Source: Terriglobia bacterium
GTDB lineage: Bacteria; Acidobacteriota; Terriglobia; UBA7540
Assembly: GCA_035532595.1 (NCBI GenBank)
Contig: DATKQU010000209.1
Coordinates: forward strand, 1 to 59,561
Direction of reading: 5' to 3'
DNA: 59,561 nt
Made by a program: the position numbers and the translations under genes. Within the stretch, counting starts at the first letter, position 1, and every line of letters starts with the position of its first letter. The notes below the pieces were generated by a model, which saw nothing but the letters and a program-made list of their open reading frames with translations, was not told where the DNA came from and searched no databases. This document shows, in pieces, positions 40,332-49,901 of the stretch.

Positions 40332-41404
40332 CGGCCGGCATGTCACGTCTCACTTCTTCTGAAGCTGCGGCCTTTCGAGCCGCGCTGCTCCGCTGGTTCG
40401 GCCGGCACGCTCGCCGGCTGCCCTGGCGAGGATCGAAGTCTGCCTACGAAGTATGGGTCTCCGAGATCATGCTGCAACAGACCCAGATCGCCGCCGCCAT
40501 TCCTTTTTACCAGCGATTCATGGCAGAGTTTCCCGCCGTGGAGCGCCTTGCCGCGGCGCCCCTCGAGCGTGTGATGGAACTGTGGTCGGGACTCGGTTAT
40601 TACCGCCGGGCCCGGCATCTGCACCTTGCGGCACGCAAGCTGGTGGAAGAATATGGCGGCCGCTTTCCAAAAGATTTTGCCCAGGCGCGACGCCTGCCGG
40701 GCGTGGGTGACTACACTGCACGCGCCGTGCTGAGCATCGCTTATGGCCAGCCTTACGCCGTGCTTGACGGCAACGTGGCGCGCGTGATGGCCAGGATTCT
40801 GGCGCAGCGCGGCAGCCTCGCTCAGCCAAACTTTCGCCGGACGGTCGAGAAAACTCTCGATCTGCTTCTTTCCCGCCGCAGCCCCGGCAACTTCAATCAG
40901 GCGCTGATGGAACTGGGGCAAACCATTTGCCTGCCGCGCTCGCCGCACTGTCCTGCATGCGCGTTGCGGCGTTGGTGCCGAGCTTTCCTCCAGGGCAAAC
41001 CCGAGGCCTATCCCGAAGCGCGGCCCCGCCGCCAGGCGGAAGAATGGCACCTGGCAGCGGCCGTCCTGCGCCGGAATCACCACATTTTATTGTTCCGGGG
41101 CCTTGATGACGGTCTGCTCGATGACCTCTGGAATTTCCCTTCGGCGCTGGGCCAGTCGAGCGGAAAGGCGTTGGCGCGCCTGAAGGAAAAACTCCGTTCC
41201 ACGCTTGGCGCCACAATCTCCTTGAAAGACCAAAGGCGCCAACTTCGCCACAGCATTACCTACCGGTCCATCCGCGTCCAGATTTACACGGGTAAATGGT
41301 CTGGAAAACCGCGCGGGAACAATATCCGCTGGTTTCCGGCAGCAGGCATCGAGCAAGCCGCCGTGTCGCAGTTGGCCCGCAAGATCGCGCGGGAGATTGC
41401 CTAA
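40328..41404 (+). CDS. mutY: A/G-specific adenine DNA glycosylase
   Basis: LPWR...YEVWVSEIMLQQTQ. HhH-GPD region with VGDYTA. 4Fe-4S loop CLPRSPHCPACALRRWC. NUDIX-like C-terminus. Confidence 0.9.
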   Translation: MTAGMSRLTSSEAAAFRAALLRWFGRHARRLPWRGSKSAYEVWVSEIMLQQTQIAAAIPFYQRFMAEFPAVERLAAAPLERVMELWSGLGYYRRARHLHLAARKLVEEYGGRFPKDFAQARRLPGVGDYTARAVLSIAYGQPYAVLDGNVARVMARILAQRGSLAQPNFRRTVEKTLDLLLSRRSPGNFNQALMELGQTICLPRSPHCPACALRRWCRAFLQGKPEAYPEARPRRQAEEWHLAAAVLRRNHHILLFRGLDDGLLDDLWNFPSALGQSSGKALARLKEKLRSTLGATISLKDQRRQLRHSITYRSIRVQIYTGKWSGKPRGNNIRWFPAAGIEQAAVSQLARKIAREIA

Positions 41405-41761
41405 TCTTTGGCGGCGATCTCCCCCGAACAGCGCAAAGCGAAAAGCAGATTCCTCGCGGAGTTTACCCTGAGCCCCTTCGCTTCACTCAGGGCCGTTCGC
41501 TAGCGGAGGGCGAACGGGCTCGGAATGACTGTTTGAGGAGGCCGGTCGCCGACGGCACGTCGCCGCTACAATAGGCGTGCCGAAGGGACTTTCTTGCCGG
41601 GCGTAAAATGGAAGATGGTAGCCACGGACAGTGCCTTTCTGTCCGTGGGCCTTTCAATACGGCACCAACCCACTAAAGCTGTAGCGGCGATCTATGATCG
41701 CCGGCCGTTTGGAAAAATCAAAAACCGGCGGCCATAGGCCGCCGCTACAATAGGCGCGGGC
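41405..41761. repeat. REP cluster with three families
   Basis: GTCATSCTGAG-family copy 41445..41529. GTAGCGGCG half unit 41541..41570. GATGGTAGCCACGG hairpin 41614..41652. GTAGCGGCG palindromic doublet 41679..41749. Confidence 0.8.
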
Positions 41762-43093
41762 TCATTGCTTGATGATGGCGCCATCGTACCGCCGGATTTC
41801 TCCCCAGCCGCCGTTCAGGTGATCGGGGCCGCCGCGGAAAGGGTGCTTCGAGGCGAGCTGCTCATCCACTTCAATGCCCCACCCCGGCGCATCGCTGGCA
41901 TACAAATAACCGTCTTTATAAGTTGCGCAGCCCTTGAAAATCTCGGCCTCGAGCCCTTGGATGATGCCGCCCTCCTGGATGCCGAAGTTGGTGCTGGCAA
42001 GATCCAGATGCAATTGCGCCGTGTGGCCGACAGGCGAGACGTCCGGGGGGCCGTGCCACGCGGTCTTAACGCCATACTGCTCCGCGAGGATGGCGATCTT
42101 GCGCGCTGGCGTCAGGCCTCCGGCTTGCGACAAGTGAACGCGGATGTAATCGATCAGGCGCTCCTCAATCAGCGGCTGCCACTCGTGCGGGCTATTAAAG
42201 AGTTCTCCCATGGCCAAGGAGGTTGCGCACTGCTGCCGAATCTGCCGGAAGTAGTCGATGTCTTCGGGCGAGAGCGCGTCTTCCAGATAGAACAACCGAT
42301 AAGGCTCGAGTTCTTTGGCAAATTGCACGGCCTGGCGCGGGCTCACGCGCTCGTGCACGTCATGGATCAGCCCGATCTCTTCGCCGAGTTGTTTGCGGCA
42401 CTCTTCCAGCATTTGGCGCGTGCGGCGCATGTAAGGGCCCGGCTCGAACACGGGCCCCGAGTGCAACCCTTTCAATGGCGGGCCGCTACTCGGGCCGTAT
42501 CCGGACATGCCGGGCACCCCCACCATGACTTTGACACATTTGAATCCCTTCTCCATGGAGGCGCGGACGCGCTCGACGGCCTGGGAGGCCTCGACGGCGC
42601 CTACGGTGTCATAAGTGAGGGCAGCTTCCCGCGCCTTGCCGCCCAGCAACTGGTACACCGGCATGTTAGCCTGGCGGCCCTTGATGTCCCAAAGCGCCTG
42701 GTCCACGCCGCTGATGGCGTTGTTGAGCACCGGGCCGTTGCGCCAGTAGGAACTGTTGTAGCAGGCCTGCCAGGTGTCCTCGATGCGGTCCGCCGGCTTG
42801 CCGAGCAGGAGCGGCTTGAGATATTTTTCCACCGCGGGCACCACCAGATCGGCGCGCTGGGTAAAGGTGGCGCAACCGTAACCGTAAAGGCCATCCTGAT
42901 CGGTAAGAACCTTCACCACCACCAGGCGCACGGCGCCGGGCTGGGTGGCGATTACCTGGATGTCTTTGATGATGGGAGACGGCAAGCCACTGATCGCGCG
43001 CGCCTCTTGCTCCCTGGCCGCGAGCGGCTCCGCCGACAAGGCCGCGCCGGCAACTCCCGCCACGGCAAGGTGAAAACATTCTCTTCTGTCCAT
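41762..43093 (-). CDS. Enolase-superfamily dehydratase, D-mannonate dehydratase (ManD)/RspA-like, with an N-terminal Tat-like signal
   Basis: ADRIEDTWQACYNSSYWRNGPVLNNAISGVDQALWDIKGRQANMPVYQLLGG matches the ManD-type N-terminal domain. N-terminus is MDRRECFHLAVAGVAGAAL. Confidence 0.85.
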   Translation of the reverse strand: MDRRECFHLAVAGVAGAALSAEPLAAREQEARAISGLPSPIIKDIQVIATQPGAVRLVVVKVLTDQDGLYGYGCATFTQRADLVVPAVEKYLKPLLLGKPADRIEDTWQACYNSSYWRNGPVLNNAISGVDQALWDIKGRQANMPVYQLLGGKAREAALTYDTVGAVEASQAVERVRASMEKGFKCVKVMVGVPGMSGYGPSSGPPLKGLHSGPVFEPGPYMRRTRQMLEECRKQLGEEIGLIHDVHERVSPRQAVQFAKELEPYRLFYLEDALSPEDIDYFRQIRQQCATSLAMGELFNSPHEWQPLIEERLIDYIRVHLSQAGGLTPARKIAILAEQYGVKTAWHGPPDVSPVGHTAQLHLDLASTNFGIQEGGIIQGLEAEIFKGCATYKDGYLYASDAPGWGIEVDEQLASKHPFRGGPDHLNGGWGEIRRYDGAIIKQ

Positions 43094-43467
43094 TGGAGGC
43101 TCCTTTGATGTTGGTCTGTGCCTGCTCCCTCGAGGCCAAGAGCAGGCCGCGCAGAAGGGGAAACGTTCAGTGCATTCCTCTTTTCATGAACCTCTGCATG
43201 GCCCCCTATTAAAGACCAGAAATCCTGAAACCGCAATCGTTCGCAATGTTACTCGCCGCACGGGTTGAGAACAACCGTAACCTGCTTAACGATTGAAGTT
43301 TCCTGGGAAGTACCCGGCGGGTCAATTGAATCCCAAACCAGAAAACGTAACACCTTCGGGTTCAGCAGATACTCTTCGGCGCCACATTACTGGTCCGCGG
43401 AGCGGATATTCTTCCCGTGCAACCGCAGACATGTGATGTTGAATATTGATTTAATATCCATCACTTG

Positions 43468-44124
43468 CTAGAATTCGCTATGCGTTCGGGGGTGATCGAT
43501 GATCCCCAACGAGTTGAACTCATTCTTTCTGGCAGCATCGAGCGCCGCTTCAACATCATGAAGAACCACGGCGAGACCTCTTGTTGCAGCTACGAGCCGG
43601 CGCTTTCGCTCAAGGAGGGAAAATCCTAAAGACCTCCAGCGTTTAGCACATTTTCCACAACCAGTGAGGCAAGTTCCTATGAACGGATCTGGAAGTTTCC
43701 ACGCCTGTGCGGTGTGCAACCGCCAAGTCTCGAGAGATTTTTCGCACGGATGCGTTAAAAATACAGTCGCAAACGCCGCCTCCAAAATACCCACGCCGCT
43801 CGCCAGCGCGGCCGAAGGAAACTTCGTCGCGTCGCTCTTTGCATTCCCCCGCACCCATAACACAGCACCCGCGAAGAGCGGATTCAGAACCTTCATAGCC
43901 GCAAAGATTCCCATTGTGCTGAACCCGGTTGATGACCTCGATATCAAGACGCCGAGTGTAATTCCAAATCCCGATACAATTGCGGAAGCAAGTGCCTTCG
44001 CAATGGTTCTTAATCCCGAATACGACGCGAAGTCAGGAGGCTCCTTGAATGCAGGGTCCAAGTCCAGAACTGGCCGATCACACGCCGGCACCTTAAACTT
44101 CTTCCTACCGTCTTGATCCGCCAC
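43468..44124 (-). CDS. Hypothetical membrane protein
   Basis: AT-richer segment. Central hydrophobic helices and a Cys-containing C-terminal part (CLTGCGKCAKRW). No family recognised. Confidence 0.4.
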   Translation of the reverse strand: MADQDGRKKFKVPACDRPVLDLDPAFKEPPDFASYSGLRTIAKALASAIVSGFGITLGVLISRSSTGFSTMGIFAAMKVLNPLFAGAVLWVRGNAKSDATKFPSAALASGVGILEAAFATVFLTHPCEKSLETWRLHTAQAWKLPDPFIGTCLTGCGKCAKRWRSLGFSLLERKRRLVAATRGLAVVLHDVEAALDAARKNEFNSLGIIDHPRTHSEF

Positions 44125-44214
44125 ACGTGAGAACCGGTCCGGTTCTGAAAGTAATCATGAACAATAGGTATCAATAATCCTAGCGATGTTGTATCCACTA
44201 TACGAGGCACTTGA

Positions 44215-47200
44215 ATGCAAAATCGATCGATTTTGAAGACGTTAGGTTTCTTCGTACTAATATTTCTCGTCGCTCTCGCGGTTGGCCGCGCCCAGTCAAC
44301 CACCACCGGAGCGGTCACGGGGCGAGTGATCGACCCTTCCGCCGCCGTGATCCCTAATGCCTCCGTTACCCTAACAAACGCGGGAACCGGCGCCACAAGA
44401 GCCATCGTAACTGGGGGAAATGGTACTTATCATTTTGCTTTCCTGGAACCCGGCAATTATATGGTGAGTGCAGGAGCCTCGGGGTTTCGCACAACCTCGC
44501 GGCCGGTAACGATTGCGGTGGGGCAGATCAAGACCGCGGACATCGAGCTCCAAGTCGGAGCAGCCACGCAGACCGTGACGGTAACTTCCGAAGTGCCACT
44601 GGTGCAGACGAACAATGCAAACATTTCCACCACGATCGATCAGCTCGAGATCTCGCAGATCCCCAATCCGGGCAACGATCTGACTTTCATCGCCCAGATG
44701 GCACCCGGGACCGTGGCCAATACCGGGGCTGGATACGGCAATCTCTCGCTGTACGGGTTGCCGGCCACATCCAATATGTTCACCGTCAATGGGATGAACG
44801 ACATGGATCCCCTGTTCAACACCAACAACTCCGGGCCCACCAACTTGCTGCTGGGCCTGAACGATATTAAGGAAGCGACGGTGGTCACCAACGGCTATTC
44901 GGGAGAGTATGGCGGCCTGGCCGGCGCGAACATCAATTACGTCACCAAGTCTGGAGCCAACGCCTTCCACGGAAACGCCAACTACTACTGGAACGGCCGG
45001 GCGCTTGACGCCAACAGTTTCTTTAACAACGCCACGGACACCCCGCGCCCCTTTGTCAATGCCAACCAGTGGTCGGCCTCCTTGGGCGGCCCGATTATGA
45101 AGGACAAGGCTTTCTTCTTTGTGGATCAGGAAGGAATACGGCTGCTGATTCCCACCAGCACGCAAGCACGGATACCAACCCAAGCCTTCGAGCAGGCGAC
45201 CCTGGATAACCTTTCAAACCTCGGGCTGAGCGCCTCCGTTCCCTTCTATCAGAACATGTTTGACCTTTACAACCATGCTCCCGGGGCCAGCCGGGCCCAA
45301 CCTTTGCTTGACTGCGGCAGCGTCGGAATTACGGCTCTTCCTGCAAGCAGCACCTGTGTGAGCGCGTTTCGCTCCACCGTCGGCCAACTTACGGACCAGT
45401 GGATTCTGACCTCGCGCCTGGACTTCAACCTCAGTTCCAAAGACACCCTATTCATCCACGGAGAAGTCGACCGGGGGTTCCAGGCGGCATTCACCGATCC
45501 CATTAATCCGGTCTTCAACATGGTGAGTAACCAGCCTGAAGAGCAGGGGCAGATCGGGTGGACTCACGTGCTGGGCACCAACAAAGTGAACTCTTTCCGG
45601 GGTACCCTGCAGTATTATTCCGCCCTCTTCAATGCCCCCGACCTAAACAAGGCCTTGCAAGCGTTTCCGACCACCATGTATTTCTACGACGGGTCTCTGA
45701 CCACTCTGGGAGGCCAGGACTATTATGTTCCTCAGGGCCGGAACGTCACCCAATATCAGTTTGTGGACGACTTTTCATGGATCCACGGGAACCACAATCT
45801 GAAGTTTGGAATCAATTATGCCCGAAGCGACATAAGTCTCTACGATTTTGGAATTTTATCGAGCGGCTTTCTGGGGGTCTTCAGCCTGAATGATTTTTAT
45901 AACGGCGGTTCGACAGGTGACCTTCTGGACAAGGTATTCCCCACCGCGCAGGTTCAGCCTTTTGCCGATTATCGCCTGGGGTTCTACGCCCAGGACGAAT
46001 GGAGAGTCGCGCACAACCTTAAGTTGACCCTGGCATTGAGGGCTGACCATGCGTCCAATCCGGTTTGCCAGCACAACTGCTTCGCCCGCACCGTTCAGCC
46101 TTTTATCAGCCTTAATCACGATGCTTCCCTTCCTTACAACCAGGCCATCCAGGTCGGGCAGCATCAGGAATTCACAGGGATGACCAATCTGGCCTGGCAG
46201 CCGCGCCTCGGGATGGCTTGGCAGCCCTTTGGCGCTCAGCACAACTTTGTGGTGCGCGGCGGAATTGGCTTGTTCTACGACGGCATCCCCGGCTTGACGG
46301 TAGAAAGCATCGCAGGAAATCCTCCCTATCAAAATGAGTTCATCCCATTTTTCGATAACATTGCACCGGCCGAATCATCGAACATTTTTGCGGACGCCGC
46401 AAATTCCAACAACGCCTTTATCAATGCGTTTGCAAACGGAGGAACGCTGGCGAGCATCAGCGATTCTCTGGCGTCTCTGGGCCAATACTTTTCGCCTCCC
46501 AATCTCGCTAGCTCCGCACAAACCATCCGCCTGCCCCAGTACCAGGAATGGAACCTGGAAATCCAGAAGGGCTTCGGGCAAAACACGATCCTGAGTCTGG
46601 ATTATGTGGGGAACCACGGCATCCACGAAATGATTCCTAATCGGTCCATCAACGGATACTGGCCAGGGTTCGCGGGGATGCCTGCGGCCGCCCCCGACCC
46701 AAGGTTCGGGATCGTCAACTATCTTGTGAGCGCCGGCGTCTCCAGCTACAACGGCATGACGCTCAGTTTCCGGCACAACTTTTCCCACGGCCTGGTCACC
46801 GCGAACTATACGTACGGCCATGCGCTGGATATCATCTCGAACGGCGGGAGCACACTGGCATTCATTTACGACACCAACGAGAGCATCCTCTATCCTCAGA
46901 ACCCCTACAACATTAGGGACAACTACGGCAATGCCGATTATGACAATCGTCATAATCTAAATATAGGCTACGTATATAACCTTCCAATCAAAAGCCTGCT
47001 TTTCGGCCATGGCTGGAACACGCTGGTGAATGGCTGGCAGATTTCCGGGACGCTCTTCACGCACTCCGGATTTCCATACACCGTGGAAGATGGCAATGCG
47101 GAAAGTTATCTGGCAGGGCAGGGCTTTGGCGGGCCCCTTTACGCAACTTACCTGAACTCGGCAGCCTCGGCGGTTGCCTGCAACAGCCCGGACCATCCTT

Positions 47201-47541
47201 GCTTGACCACTGCGCAGTTCGCGCCTTCCACCACCAACCCGGCCCACTTTGGCATCCAGGGCAGGAACAAGTTCCGGGGACCAGGGTATTTCAACACCGA
47301 TCTTGGAATTATGAAGACCACTTCCTTGCCGCATTGGGAGTCCGCGAAGCTCTCCCTGGGTTTCCAATTTTTCAACGTGCTGAACCACCCGAATTTCGAC
47401 CAGCCCATTGCCAACCTGGCCGATAGCCAGTTCGGGCAAATTCTCAACACCGTCAGCCCTCCGACCAGCATCTTCGGGTCAGGCCTGGGCGCCGATGCTT
47501 CACCCCGGCTCATTCAGGTACGAGCTTCACTCACCTTCTAA
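44215..47541 (+). CDS. TonB-dependent outer-membrane receptor with an N-terminal carboxypeptidase-regulatory-like domain
   Basis: Signal peptide. GAVTGRVIDPSAAVIPNASVTLTN...GNGTYHFAFLEPGNY. Plug and long beta-barrel. C-terminal ...RASLTF. Confidence 0.85.
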   Translation: MQNRSILKTLGFFVLIFLVALAVGRAQSTTTGAVTGRVIDPSAAVIPNASVTLTNAGTGATRAIVTGGNGTYHFAFLEPGNYMVSAGASGFRTTSRPVTIAVGQIKTADIELQVGAATQTVTVTSEVPLVQTNNANISTTIDQLEISQIPNPGNDLTFIAQMAPGTVANTGAGYGNLSLYGLPATSNMFTVNGMNDMDPLFNTNNSGPTNLLLGLNDIKEATVVTNGYSGEYGGLAGANINYVTKSGANAFHGNANYYWNGRALDANSFFNNATDTPRPFVNANQWSASLGGPIMKDKAFFFVDQEGIRLLIPTSTQARIPTQAFEQATLDNLSNLGLSASVPFYQNMFDLYNHAPGASRAQPLLDCGSVGITALPASSTCVSAFRSTVGQLTDQWILTSRLDFNLSSKDTLFIHGEVDRGFQAAFTDPINPVFNMVSNQPEEQGQIGWTHVLGTNKVNSFRGTLQYYSALFNAPDLNKALQAFPTTMYFYDGSLTTLGGQDYYVPQGRNVTQYQFVDDFSWIHGNHNLKFGINYARSDISLYDFGILSSGFLGVFSLNDFYNGGSTGDLLDKVFPTAQVQPFADYRLGFYAQDEWRVAHNLKLTLALRADHASNPVCQHNCFARTVQPFISLNHDASLPYNQAIQVGQHQEFTGMTNLAWQPRLGMAWQPFGAQHNFVVRGGIGLFYDGIPGLTVESIAGNPPYQNEFIPFFDNIAPAESSNIFADAANSNNAFINAFANGGTLASISDSLASLGQYFSPPNLASSAQTIRLPQYQEWNLEIQKGFGQNTILSLDYVGNHGIHEMIPNRSINGYWPGFAGMPAAAPDPRFGIVNYLVSAGVSSYNGMTLSFRHNFSHGLVTANYTYGHALDIISNGGSTLAFIYDTNESILYPQNPYNIRDNYGNADYDNRHNLNIGYVYNLPIKSLLFGHGWNTLVNGWQISGTLFTHSGFPYTVEDGNAESYLAGQGFGGPLYATYLNSAASAVACNSPDHPCLTTAQFAPSTTNPAHFGIQGRNKFRGPGYFNTDLGIMKTTSLPHWESAKLSLGFQFFNVLNHPNFDQPIANLADSQFGQILNTVSPPTSIFGSGLGADASPRLIQVRASLTF

Positions 47542-47718
47542 AATGCGGGTCTCGAGGAGTGGTGTGCCGTTCACAAAATACCGTGAGGCACACCACTTCC
47601 CTTTGCCCTCCAGATGCACGGCCGTGGCAGCCAGAAGAGAGAATCCCACGGCCCGCCGGACGGCTTGCCGGTTCGAGCAGGACACGGGACTCCATGCAGA
47701 AAACTTACCGCAGTTTCT

Positions 47719-48252
47719 TTAATAGAAGAGGTATTTCCGCCAGCGCTGGTCCGCGCGCCCCAGCATGCGCATAATGTGGCGGCTGGTATGAAGGGTAAAG
47801 GGCCGGGGTTGCTGGCGCAGTTTCAAGCCCGCTTCTTCCGGCAGGCGATCCCCTTTGAGACTGTTGCAGGAATGGCAGCAGGCCACCAGGTTGTCCCAAT
47901 CCGTGTGGCCGCCCTTCGACCGCGGGATGATGTGGTCCAGAGTCAATTCGCCGGCGGGCACGGTCCGCCCGCAAAACTGGCAGGTGTTGCGGTCTCGCAT
48001 GAGGATGTTCTTGCGGGACAGGGCGCGGGTTTGGTGGGGAATCCGCCGAAACTCGGTGAGCCTGATCACGGACGGAATGCGAAATGCCACCCGGGTGGAA
48101 TGGATGAAGCTGCCGTTTTCTTCCTCGGTGGTGGCGTTCCCCTTAAGGACCAGCACGAGCGCCCGCCGCGCCGCCGTTACGTTAATGGGCTCATAGGTGG
48201 CATTGAGCACCAGAACCGGCGCCTGCAACAGGCGTTCACCATTCTCCGCCAT
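47719..48252 (-). CDS. HNH endonuclease-family protein
   Basis: CQFCGR...[32 protein letters not shown]. Start chosen at MAENG with GGGAAGG upstream. The track start at 48294 is an alternative. Confidence 0.8.
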   Translation of the reverse strand: MAENGERLLQAPVLVLNATYEPINVTAARRALVLVLKGNATTEEENGSFIHSTRVAFRIPSVIRLTEFRRIPHQTRALSRKNILMRDRNTCQFCGRTVPAGELTLDHIIPRSKGGHTDWDNLVACCHSCNSLKGDRLPEEAGLKLRQQPRPFTLHTSRHIMRMLGRADQRWRKYLFY

Positions 48253-48294
48253 AGCCTTCCCTTTCAGGGAGCCGTTTCCCCCGTCATGAACCAA

Positions 48295-49143
48295 TTATGT
48301 CCAGTCCCCGCCCGATTCGTCAACATTCACTACTTCTCGCTGATCTGCCGTATCCGGGAATTGGGGCGTTGACCGCGCGAGCGCCAGCGCAAATACCGTT
48401 TTGGCTCCTCCCTGTTTAAGCGCCTGGGCACAGGCTGAAAGCGTGGCGCCCGTCGTCATGACGTCGTCGATGAGGACCACCTGGCGGCCCTCGAGGCGCT
48501 CCGGCTTTATCGCCCTGAAAGCCCCTTGGACGTTTTTCCGGCGCGCGTGGGCCTTCAGGCCGGTTTGGGGGAGCGTCTGCCGGGTGCGCACCAGCACCTT
48601 GGTGGCAACCCTCAGAGCCTTCCTGCCGTGGCCCTTCGGCAAGTGGTGTGCCAATCCCTCCGCGAGGGCTCGGGCCTGGTTAAAGCCGCGCTCTCGTTCC
48701 CGAGCGTGGAAGAGCGGGACGGGCACCAGCAGCACGGGTTGCGCTTCCCGAAAAACCTCCAGCCTTTCCCAAGTCTGCGCCAGATAACCACCCAGCCTTC
48801 GGCCCAGCCGCTCTCGCCGTTGAAATTTCAGTTGCAGGATAAGGGCTCGCAAATTTTCCCGGTAAAGCCCAAAGGTGCGCGCGACATCGAAATCCGGATC
48901 GGCAATCCGGCACTGGCCGCAGAGGACGGAATCCGATTCCTCCAGCAGGCGGGAAGCCATCGGGAGCCCGCATCGCCCGCAACAAATCCCTTCCCAGGGT
49001 TCCACGCCCGACCAACACCGGCGGCAAACCCCCAGCCCCGTAACGCGAACAACTTCACCGCCGCAAATCGAACATTGGGTCGGGAACAAGACAGAAAATA
49101 AGCTATCGGCTATCTCTTGAAGAGGAGAGCGGGGATCGGGCAA
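48295..49143 (-). CDS. ComF-family phosphoribosyltransferase-like protein
   Basis: N-terminal Cys4 finger (CSICGG...CRRCW, CGRCG...CGQC). PRTase motif VVLIDDVMTTGAT. TTG start. Confidence 0.8.
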   Translation of the reverse strand: MPDPRSPLQEIADSLFSVLFPTQCSICGGEVVRVTGLGVCRRCWSGVEPWEGICCGRCGLPMASRLLEESDSVLCGQCRIADPDFDVARTFGLYRENLRALILQLKFQRRERLGRRLGGYLAQTWERLEVFREAQPVLLVPVPLFHARERERGFNQARALAEGLAHHLPKGHGRKALRVATKVLVRTRQTLPQTGLKAHARRKNVQGAFRAIKPERLEGRQVVLIDDVMTTGATLSACAQALKQGGAKTVFALALARSTPQFPDTADQREVVNVDESGGDWT

Positions 49144-49291
49144 GGATGGGTGGGTCGAAGTGAAAGCAAACCTCGCTTTCTGCTGCCGGGAGTTCGCTAG
49201 TACTTAGTGCCGCCAGTTCGCGTTATGTTTGCGCCAGCTAAGCCGCTTGTTTGCCGATGGTTGAAATAACGGCCACTTTTGTCACGAAGTA

Positions 49292-49645
49292 CTAGAGCAG
49301 TCCCTTTTCCTGCTTTTCCTGGCATTCAATGCAATGGCGGGCCCAGGGCACAGCCTCCAAACGCTTGACTTGGACGTATTCCTGGCATTCAACGCAAAGA
49401 CCGTACGAACCATTCTCCATGCGCCCAAGGGCCTCCTCGATCAGGTGCAGGATCCGGTGGTTGTCATGACTTTGATGGAAAAGAAACTCCTTGGTATAGG
49501 AGTTCGCCGCTTTGTCAGCGGGGTCCTGAGTAGCTTCCCCATCCGCCTCGCGACCGTCTTGTTCGGATTTTGCGACCGTGCGTCGAAGCTCTTCCTGCTT
49601 TTCCAATAAGCGCTTCCTGTAGGTCTGAATCTTTCTCTTATCCAT
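49292..49645 (-). CDS. DksA/TraR-family C4 zinc-finger protein
   Basis: Coiled-coil N-terminus and CVECQEYV...HCIECQ C4 finger. Confidence 0.85.
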   Translation of the reverse strand: MDKRKIQTYRKRLLEKQEELRRTVAKSEQDGREADGEATQDPADKAANSYTKEFLFHQSHDNHRILHLIEEALGRMENGSYGLCVECQEYVQVKRLEAVPWARHCIECQEKQEKGLL

Positions 49646-49901
49646 GGCCCTCTTGCACTAAAAGTCTGTTAAGTTTTTAAACGTTTGATTCTATCGTTCA
49701 CGCCGTCCATGTGTCAATCCAAACCTCAGCAAGGTGGTGTCCAATTTGCCTGAGCCGGTCGCGTAAATAACTTGCTTTTGGAGACAAAATATAACCCACA
49801 ACACACTGAAAGTGTATCATGGGCTACCCGGCCTTATGCGGGTGCCGTTGTACGTTCAACAGACAACGAGGAGCAAAGAACACCAGCTAAACCAGTACAA
49901 C

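Noticed and set aside
41765-43108. Long antisense ORFs opposite well-supported genes (41765..43108 +, 37642..38703 +, 55685..57217 -, 8558..9328 -, 13682..14272 -, 47614..48372 +)
   Set aside because: The opposite strand carries clear family motifs in each case. Long stop-free antisense frames are expected in GC-rich DNA, and the translations are Arg/Gly/His-rich without motifs.
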